This document shows positions 50,405 to 57,836 of a stretch of 64,000 bases of DNA, one piece after another. The notes under the pieces are model-generated. The model was given only the letters and a program-made list of their open reading frames with translations. It was not told where the DNA came from and made no database searches. The DNA comes from a virus. A program made the position numbers and the translations under genes. Position 1 is the stretch's first letter; the number at the start of each line of letters is the position of its first letter. The stretch is taken from positions 64,001 to 128,000 of the IMG/VR virus record IMGVR_UViG_3300047089_000307; one strand, written 5' to 3'.

Positions 50405-50854
50405 CTTCTTCACCTGCGCCTCGTGCTCGGCGATGACCTCGGCAAGCTCCTGCCAGAACTCGGGGTAGTCGCGGTACCGCTGGGCCATGGAGCGGACCTC
50501 GCGGCGGATGCGCAGCAGGATCAGGCCCTGCTCCTGCGTCGTGAGCGAGGTGACGCTGGAGTACGTGCCGGGCGGCGAGGGGATGCCGATCATCCGGTCG
50601 GCCACGTACTTGCGCATCATGACCGCGCGCTGGCCGCCGGACGCGACCTCGCGGACGACGGCCACCCGGTAGCTGCGGATCAGGCCGCGGGCCTCCTCCA
50701 GGCGGCGCTGCGCCGCGGCGATGGCGTCATCCCAGGTGAACAGCCCGTGCAGCGCGCTGTCCTCCGGCCGTGCTGCCGCCACGACCTCATCGGCGTGCAG
50801 CTTGCCGCGGGAGTCCTCCAGCCCCTTCAGGGCCTTCAGTACCTCATCCCTCAC
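50387..50854 (-). CDS. Accessory protein coupled to the RAMP-like gene
   Basis: GTG start overlaps the upstream TGA; L.ADEVV.AAR.EDS.LH..F.WDD..AA...RL.EAR.LIR motif; 155 aa. Confidence 0.8.
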   Translation of the reverse strand: MRDEVLKALKGLEDSRGKLHADEVVAAARPEDSALHGLFTWDDAIAAAQRRLEEARGLIRSYRVAVVREVASGGQRAVMMRKYVADRMIGIPSPPGTYSSVTSLTTQEQGLILLRIRREVRSMAQRYRDYPEFWQELAEVIAEHEAQVKKAAASG

Positions 50855-51543
50855 AGGACTATCTCCTTGACCTCGGCGTCGTCCGGCACCCGGAACGTGC
50901 CGTAGGAGCCAGTATTGGATTCCTTGCTGGCCGGGCGCCACTCGCCGATGCCCGCGAAGCCGGCGGCGTCCACCAGCGCGATGACGGACTCCAGCGTCAG
51001 CGAGTTGCGCACCCAGACCACCTCCAGCACCGCCGACCACGGCCAGTACTCCGGCCGGAAGCGGATGTCGGCGACGCCGGTCTCGTTGCGCGCGTAGTCC
51101 TGGCGCATCACCGCGGTGGCCGGGACGAGCGCCGACTCCTCGCCGGTCCACTCCCCCCAGACGGGGACCAGCAGCGTGCGGTTCGCCTGGTCGGTGCCCG
51201 GCTCGCCGTTGACGAAGATCATCCGGCGCAGGTCCGTCATGGGCAGCTTGGAGCCCTTGAAGAACCGGGCCGCGTCCACGATGGCGGCCTTGAAGCCGAC
51301 CGAGGGGAACGCGGGGGCGCCGCCGGGGAGCAGGTGCTGGGCGTCGCGGAAGTTCTGCTCCGGGTCCTTCGGCTGGCGCTCGACGGGCTTGCCCATCTGC
51401 CGGTCGAGCATGATCTGCTGGGCCTTGGCGCTGAACTTGTTGGTGATGAGCGGGGTGAGGCCCTGGACGGGCACCCGGATCATGGAGCGGCCGAGCCGCT
51501 GGAGCGAGATCGCGCCCGTGGTGGTGGCCTTCGCTGGGGGCAT
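50851..51543 (-). CDS. Stand-alone Cas7/RAMP-like RNA-binding protein (Vipr-like)
   Basis: N-terminal strand with GLTPLI, FPSVGFKAAI (compare RAMP P.ss.KG), R.RP....W and a C-terminal Gly-rich loop GFAGIGEWRP...GSYGTF.V; AAAGGGA RBS. Confidence 0.75.
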   Translation of the reverse strand: MPPAKATTTGAISLQRLGRSMIRVPVQGLTPLITNKFSAKAQQIMLDRQMGKPVERQPKDPEQNFRDAQHLLPGGAPAFPSVGFKAAIVDAARFFKGSKLPMTDLRRMIFVNGEPGTDQANRTLLVPVWGEWTGEESALVPATAVMRQDYARNETGVADIRFRPEYWPWSAVLEVVWVRNSLTLESVIALVDAAGFAGIGEWRPASKESNTGSYGTFRVPDDAEVKEIVL

Positions 51544-52501
51544 CAGGCTTCCCTTTCTTCTTTACATGGACTGACTGATACCCCACGATACTCTAAGACT
51601 GCTATCCTGGACTACATGAGCACTAAGGGCATGAAGGGTCACGGGGGCATCGATCCGTATGCAGGCAACGGCTGGTCCTCCCTGTACTGCCACGACTGTG
51701 AGCAAACCTGCTCCCCGGCTAGCCCGTGCGACCACTGCGAGCCGGAGGTCTGCACCAGCAAGGGCCGCGTGATCTACCGGGGGCCTGAGCGAGTGCAGGG
51801 GACAGGGGGATGGGAGCGCGAGCCGTGAGCTACCAGGGCAGCAACCGCAATGACGAGAAGGCACCGGATGAGGTGACGGGCACGCTGCTGGTCACGGTCA
51901 CCGTATACGGCGGGACGCTGGCGGACGCGGCGACCGCGCTGTCCAGTTACCGGGGCAAGGGCTGGGGCCGGGAGATGACCGACCTGCTAAATGGCGGGGA
52001 GTTCGAGGTCATCGCCGCTGACGTCGCTAAGGACGTCACGGCCGGCGACGCTGATCCTGACGTCATGAGCGAGCAGGAGCTGCGCGAGGAGATCACCCGG
52101 GTCGTCCTCGCGCAGCGAGCAGACTGCGCGGAGCACCCGATGCCGTTCCCGCGGCCGTCGTGCTGGGCGTGCGCCCGCAACGGGGCCTTCCACCGGGCGG
52201 CGCTGCTCGCGGCGGGCCGCTGGCCGGCCGCTGACCCGGTGACGTACGTGCTGCCCGCTCAGCCGGGCCGCTGGCCGGCCGCTGACCCGGAAGGAGCTGA
52301 TGACGAGACGGCCGCGCCAGCCAGGCACAAGGCACGCGTGCGCAGCACCGGCCTGCGCTATGACGGCGTGCGGCTGTGGCGCTGGGCCTGCCCGCACTGG
52401 GACCAGGGCCGGAACCGGAACTGCCGCGGCGGCGACTACGGGTCCTGGGCCATGGCCGTCCGTGACGCCGTCCGGCACGCCGGGTCAGGCGGCACGGCCT
52501 G

Positions 52502-52831
52502 GTGAGTAATCGCCACGGGCTGGCCCGGGACGGCTGGGGGCTGCCCGTCGCCGGGGACGGCTGGACGCTGACCGTGGAGCCGCTGCGCGGCCGTGACAAG
52601 TACGTCCGGTTCGCGCTGCGCGGGCCGGTCGCAAACGTGACGCCCGGCGAGCGGGCCGCGCTGCGGGTGTTCCAGGCACCGGGCGGCTGGCCGGCGATAG
52701 GCGTGGACGGCGGCATCGAGGTGAGCTGGGAAGAGGCGCAGCTGATCCGGGGCGGACGCGACCCGCGGCACGTGCTGTGGCCGCCGCTGCGGGCCCGGGC
52801 GCTGACGCTGGCGGAGATGATGAGCCGGTGA
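52502..52831 (+). CDS. ARPLTLxEM-tag family protein
   Basis: ARDGW, DGWTL...RARALTLAEMMSR. Confidence 0.7.
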   Translation: MSNRHGLARDGWGLPVAGDGWTLTVEPLRGRDKYVRFALRGPVANVTPGERAALRVFQAPGGWPAIGVDGGIEVSWEEAQLIRGGRDPRHVLWPPLRARALTLAEMMSR

Positions 52832-53151
52832 ACCGCCTGCTGCTCCCGGGCCCGCGGCCGTCAGGAAGCTACCCGGTGCCGGAGGAGTACGCGCAGCGAC
52901 TGCTGCGCGCGGCCGGGTGCACCGGGGCGATGCTCCTGGGCTGGCGCGACGGGCTAGGGCCGCGCTGCCGGATGTGCGGCCGGGTCGCCGTCATCCCCAC
53001 GGCCGCGCTCTGGGAGCGCATCGCGGGCTGGCGCGTCCCTGACCCCGCGTACAGCATGCGCGAGCACGCCCGCTGGGCGCTGGCCGACCCGGAAGCCAGC
53101 CGCGCCGTCATGGCCGGGGGCGCGGTCCTGCTGGAGATGATGGCGAGATGA
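52828..53151 (+). CDS. Hypothetical protein with partial tag
   Basis: Ends LLEMMAR; overlapping start and stop. Confidence 0.55.
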   Translation: MNRLLLPGPRPSGSYPVPEEYAQRLLRAAGCTGAMLLGWRDGLGPRCRMCGRVAVIPTAALWERIAGWRVPDPAYSMREHARWALADPEASRAVMAGGAVLLEMMAR

Positions 53152-53474
53152 CCGTGACGCGGGCGCGCGACGGCTGGACGCTGCACATCGAGAAGAGCCC
53201 GCCCGGCAGCCGTTTCGTGAACCGGACCTGGCTGGACGGGCTGGCCGTCACCCGGGAGCAGGCGCATGCCATCATCACCGCGGGGGGCGCGGAGCGCACG
53301 TGGACGCTCGCGGGATACCACCAGGAGTGGCCGGCCCATGTGCTCATCCTGGACAGGGTCGGCGTGACCCGGGAGGAGTACCTGGCGATCCTGGGCGGGC
53401 GCGATCCGGTGAGCGTCCTCCTGCCGCTGCTGCGGGCCCGCGCGCTAACGCTGGCGGAGATGATGGCGCAGTGA
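53148..53474 (+). CDS. ARPLTLxEM-tag family protein
   Basis: ARDGWTL...RARALTLAEMMAQ. Confidence 0.75.
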   Translation: MTVTRARDGWTLHIEKSPPGSRFVNRTWLDGLAVTREQAHAIITAGGAERTWTLAGYHQEWPAHVLILDRVGVTREEYLAILGGRDPVSVLLPLLRARALTLAEMMAQ

Positions 53475-53861
53475 CGATGACCCGGATGCTGGCGGCGGCG
53501 CACAGTCGCAATCACGACGAGCGTCCCGGCGACTGCGGCCGGAGCCGTTGCGGTCACCGGCACTACGACGCCTGGCGCGGGACTGGCGGAAGCCGCCTGC
53601 GCCGGCGCGGGCAGCGCGCCCGGGAGCGCCGCCTCGTCACCCGTGAGCTGGCGGAGCTGATGGCGCAGTGACGCAGGACATTACCCTGGCGGTCATCTCC
53701 GGCGCGGCCAGCGCGGTGATGCTCGTCCTGGCGCGCGGGATGTGGACGCAGGCGCTCCGCGACGCGGTGAACCTCCTCGGCGGCCTGCTGGCCGTGCTCT
53801 GCGTCGTGGCTGCCATCGGCGCGGCACTCACGGCAGGATGACCTGGAGATGATGACGGGGG

Positions 53862-55118
53862 CTAGGCTGCCGAGGGCAGATCATCTAGCCGGTCGACTTC
53901 AGCCTCTTCGCACATGTAAATTGCTGCCTTATGCCGACCAGCAGTCTCAACGATGCCAGCAGCGTTTTTAGCTAGCATCTCTATCCGCTGACGATGCTGG
54001 CTAATCGTAGCCGTTCCCCAGGTAACCATCGTGCCGTCCCCGAGCGCGAACCGGGTGCTGAGCAGCTCTTCCGTTACCTCGATCCGGGTCTTCCTTGCTA
54101 CGTCAGCGATGAGCTCATCTGTCCGAAGCTTAACGGGACCTCCAGGGTAAAACGTCTGAGCTAGCCACCAGTCGTCGGGCGTCCAGCTCTCAAGCGCTGT
54201 TACCCCGTGCTTAGAGCACAAACCGCCTGCGACGCTCGCGCGATGGCAATCCCTGGGCTTCTGCCCCTTCACCGTTAGCTGCCCGGTGCATTCACGACGA
54301 CCATGCCTTTCACAGAGCCTGCTCGCCTCTCGGTTAACTTCGTTGCGAGCCAGCCGATCCCGGCGAGCCTCCTCGGTAAGAACTGCCATGTCCTCCCGCA
54401 CCTGCTGAAACCACCCGTCAAACCGGCCTGCGCACCAGCGGTGAAAAGCCAGGCTTCCTGGGAAGGTCGAACCGCTGAAGTAATCAGGAAAATACGTGTG
54501 CAACCAGCTGATTTCTGTAGCAGGATCGTCATACAGGCACTGGAAGAATTCTTCACTGCCCGCCCTCGACTCCCGGTTCTTCTGCTCCCGCTCCGCTTCT
54601 TCGCGTTCCCGGTCCCTCACTTCCTGCTCCTGCTGGCCCCGCAAGGCACCGATGGCCCTCCTGTAAGAGAGCGGAAAACCGGGGTTATCCTGGTATTGCT
54701 CCAGGAACTTTCGTGCTTGCGCGGCCACCTCTGCATTGTCGGAGTTCATGTCGTCTGTCAGCCGCTGGGAAGCTTCCTGAGCTTGCTGCTCATACTCACG
54801 TGCCCGTTCCTGCTCAGCTTCACGTCCTAGCCGCTGTCGCTCTTGCTCAGCTGCGCGGGCCTCTTGCATCCGCTTGACTGCCAGGCTTACGGCACGCTCC
54901 TCAGCTTCCCGGGCCAGTCGGCGGCGATGACTGACCACGAAGGTCGTCAGCATGGAGATGGCGAATGCGCGAAGCTGCGGTACCTCCATTTCTGCTGCGA
55001 TGTTTGCGCTCACCGTCCTCGGCTCCATGCCTGGATGCTCGTCGGCATGCTCCTCAGCCAGGGCGACATACCTGCGGTAAGCCTCTTCCGTGACCGTCTC
55101 CGTCATAGACCGCATCAT
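53862..55118 (-). CDS. Hypothetical coiled-coil protein with atypical (lower GC3) codon usage
   Basis: 418 aa ORF with many A/T-ending codons, oriented opposite to its neighbours. Confidence 0.7.
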   Translation of the reverse strand: MMRSMTETVTEEAYRRYVALAEEHADEHPGMEPRTVSANIAAEMEVPQLRAFAISMLTTFVVSHRRRLAREAEERAVSLAVKRMQEARAAEQERQRLGREAEQERAREYEQQAQEASQRLTDDMNSDNAEVAAQARKFLEQYQDNPGFPLSYRRAIGALRGQQEQEVRDREREEAEREQKNRESRAGSEEFFQCLYDDPATEISWLHTYFPDYFSGSTFPGSLAFHRWCAGRFDGWFQQVREDMAVLTEEARRDRLARNEVNREASRLCERHGRRECTGQLTVKGQKPRDCHRASVAGGLCSKHGVTALESWTPDDWWLAQTFYPGGPVKLRTDELIADVARKTRIEVTEELLSTRFALGDGTMVTWGTATISQHRQRIEMLAKNAAGIVETAGRHKAAIYMCEEAEVDRLDDLPSAA

Positions 55119-55376
55119 ACTCTCTGCCGCTCCGGGTCCTGAAGTATCTTACGGTATGCTGGCGAGATGCATGGGACTCCTGACAAGTCAGTCAGCCGTC
55201 CGCGTCGCCGCTGGGCACCCGGCTCCACGGACGAGGAGCTGATGGCCGACATTGAAGCCGCGCGCCGCGAGGATGAGGCTGACGGCGTCCTGGCCACCGC
55301 CCCGGAGAGCATTACCAGCAGCCAGGCTGCGCGGGTCGGCCGGCTCTTGCTCGCCGGGCCGCACCGGGGAGAGCCC

Positions 55377-55763
55377 GTGACCGAGACCCCCGCGATGCCT
55401 GGCAAGAGCCCGGACTGCCCGTTCTGCGACCGCGTCGCCAACGGCGAGTTCGACTACGAGGACAAGTTCAGCGTGGCGTTCCAGCCGCGCAACCCGGTCA
55501 CGCCAGGTCATTTCCTTGTCGTCTCCCGCAAGCACGTGCCGAGCGCGCTGGAGGGCCCGCTGGACGCGAGCAGCGCTACCGGGCTGGCCGCCGAGCTCGC
55601 CCGGGACATGGGACTGACCGCGTGCAACATCATCACCTCCGCGGGAGCGGCGGCCACGCAGACGGTCATGCACCTGCACGTCCACGTCGTCCCGCGCCGC
55701 GACGGTGACGGCCTGGCGCTCCCGTGGACCGGCCAGCGCAAGGACGGGGCGGCGCGCTCGTGA
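55377..55763 (+). CDS. HIT-family nucleotide hydrolase
   Basis: CPFC, PVTPGH.LV and QTVMHLHVHVV (HxHxH). Confidence 0.9.
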   Translation: MTETPAMPGKSPDCPFCDRVANGEFDYEDKFSVAFQPRNPVTPGHFLVVSRKHVPSALEGPLDASSATGLAAELARDMGLTACNIITSAGAAATQTVMHLHVHVVPRRDGDGLALPWTGQRKDGAARS

Positions 55764-55981
55764 CCGAGGCCCGTGATGCCGTCCACAACGTCCAGTTGCC
55801 GGACGGCTCGCAGACGCTGCCGGGCGCTGCGCTGCTGGCGGGCGGCGCCGCCACCGTGCCACGACTCGTCCGCGCCCGGTTGTGGTACCTGGCGGGAGAG
55901 CGTACAAGTCGAGTCCGCACCGCAGCGGGAGGGTGGTTCGCGGCCGCACCCGGCGCGAAATGCCGGCCGGGAGTGGATGCG

Positions 55982-57388
55982 TCAGTAGGACCGACCGAGA
56001 ATGGCGATTATTCCCGGCTCGTCGTCGGCGTCCGGCAGGCCGCCGTCCGGACGGAACAGGCACCGTACGGAGACCCCGGAAGCGTTCGCCTTCGCTTCGC
56101 CGTCAAGTCCGACGCGGTCCCAGGGCACCCGCGCCCAACCAGACGCCGACGCCTCGATGGCCTCGTCCACCGTGGACACGTCGACGGTCTTCGCCTCGCG
56201 GTAGGCCAACGCCTCGTCGTACAGCGACTGCTGATCTTTCTCCAATGCGGCGACCACCGTCGACATCACATCGTCGAATACGACGGGCTCCTTCGTGCCA
56301 CTGACTCGCCGCACCACCGTCACCCGGCCTTCGGCGATATCGCGGGGACCGACCTCCACCCGAATCGGATAGCCCTTCAACTCGGCATCAATCGCCCGGC
56401 GCCCGTATGGCGTGTCGACCCGGTCGTCCAAGCTGACCCGGACGCCCGCATCACGCAGTGCGTCCCGCAGCTTGTGCGCGGTGGCGACGACGCCTTCACC
56501 GGCCGTCACGGCCACCACGAGCGCTTGGATCGGGGCGAGGCGGGGTGGCACCCGCAGACCGTTGTCGTCGCCGTGGCACATGATCATGCCGCCGACCATC
56601 CGCGTCGAGCTGCCCCATGACGTCGTGTTGCAGAACTCCTGCCCGCCGGACGCGCTGGTGAACTTGATGTTGAAGGCGCGCGCGAAGTTCTCGGTGAACT
56701 CGTGCACGGTACCCATCTGCAGCGCCTTCCCGTCGCGCATCATGCCCTCGAACGTGTAGGTGCAGGTCGCCCCGGCGAAGCGTTCCTTCACCGTCTTCCG
56801 GCCGAGAACGACTGGCATCGCGAGTACGTTGACCATGTAGTCCCGGTACACCTCGTGCAGGATCCGGCGCGCGAACGCCCGGGAGTCGGCGAAGTCCACA
56901 TGGGCGGTGTGGCCCTCTTGCCAGAGGAACTCAGACGTTCTCAGGAAGATCCGCGGCCGCATCTCCCAACGCACCACGTTCGCCCACTGGTTGAGTAGCA
57001 GCGGCAGGTCGCGATAGCTCGAAATCCACTTGGCCATCATTTCGCCGAACATCGTTTCGCTCGTGGGGCGCACGACCACGGGTTCGGGCAGTTCCTTGCC
57101 GCCGGCGTGTGTCACGAGGGTGAGCTCCGGGCTGAAGCCCTCCACGTGTTCCGCCTCGCGTGCGAAGTAGTTCTCCGGAACAAACAGCGGGAAGTACACG
57201 TTTTGTGCTCCGGTCGCCTTGATCCGCGCCTCGACCTCGGCCACCATCCGCTCCCAGATCGCATAGCCGGCCGGGCGTACCACCATGGTCCCGCGCACCG
57301 GCCCGTTGTCGGCCAGTTCGGCCTTCGCGATCACATCCTGGTACCAGCGGGGAAAGTCTTCGCCTTGAGGAGTAAGTACTTGCGCCAT
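55982..57388 (-). CDS. proS: Prolyl-tRNA synthetase (archaeal/eukaryote-like type)
   Basis: EDFPRWYQDVI..AEL.D.GPVRGTMV, HVEGFSPEL, VRPTSET, QWANVVRWE.RP..FLRT.EFLWQEGHT, anticodon-binding domain and C-terminal GRSY. Confidence 0.95.
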   Translation of the reverse strand: MAQVLTPQGEDFPRWYQDVIAKAELADNGPVRGTMVVRPAGYAIWERMVAEVEARIKATGAQNVYFPLFVPENYFAREAEHVEGFSPELTLVTHAGGKELPEPVVVRPTSETMFGEMMAKWISSYRDLPLLLNQWANVVRWEMRPRIFLRTSEFLWQEGHTAHVDFADSRAFARRILHEVYRDYMVNVLAMPVVLGRKTVKERFAGATCTYTFEGMMRDGKALQMGTVHEFTENFARAFNIKFTSASGGQEFCNTTSWGSSTRMVGGMIMCHGDDNGLRVPPRLAPIQALVVAVTAGEGVVATAHKLRDALRDAGVRVSLDDRVDTPYGRRAIDAELKGYPIRVEVGPRDIAEGRVTVVRRVSGTKEPVVFDDVMSTVVAALEKDQQSLYDEALAYREAKTVDVSTVDEAIEASASGWARVPWDRVGLDGEAKANASGVSVRCLFRPDGGLPDADDEPGIIAILGRSY

Positions 57389-57560
57389 GACCGCAAAGCG
57401 TACCCTGCTCAACTTCTTGTTAAAGACTTTTACAGACAGTAATACTGATTGCCTGGTCATGAGCACACGCCTGGCGTCGACAACCACGACCCCAACAGAC
57501 CTGCGGGAACCTTGCGATTCTCCTTGCACCGCCTCGTGCACGCGGAGTACGTTCGGGGCC

Positions 57561-57749
57561 ATGTCGCTCCTCGCGCCCCCGCTCGTCTCCCTGGCCCGGA
57601 AGAAGGCCGCCTACACCAGGCATTACGGCAGCGAGGACGAGCGCGCCCTGGCCGCGGCCTCGCAGCTGCGCGTGGCCCGCCTGCTGGCCGAGATCGACAG
57701 CCTTACCCAGGACGAGCGCACGCAGCTGCTCGCCGCGCTGACCGCGTAA
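57561..57749 (+). CDS. Small helical protein upstream of primase
   Basis: LARKKAAYTRH...LTQDERTQLLAAL. Confidence 0.45.
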   Translation: MSLLAPPLVSLARKKAAYTRHYGSEDERALAAASQLRVARLLAEIDSLTQDERTQLLAALTA

Positions 57750-57836
57750 CATCACCAGCGCGCAGCCGCTCACGCGCGGGCGCGAGACACCCCGCACCCT
57801 GCCAGGGGAGGACCACGCCGTGAGCGGAGCCACCAC

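Noticed and set aside
48890-50468. Many overlapping Arg/Gly/Ala- or Pro/Cys-rich ORFs on both strands
   Set aside because: They are by-products of a stop-poor pentamer repeat whose 5-nt period is incompatible with codon structure. An ATG after AAAGGGA at ~50375 occurs in only one repeat copy.
50855-51586. N-terminal part of the 399-aa ORF 50387..51586
   Set aside because: It is an alternative frame overlapping the RAMP-like gene; the protein-like part starts at GTG 50854.
57389-57562. Longer start for ProRS
   Set aside because: Recognisable ProRS sequence begins at MAQVLTPQ (57388); the extension crosses an AT-rich, promoter-like region.
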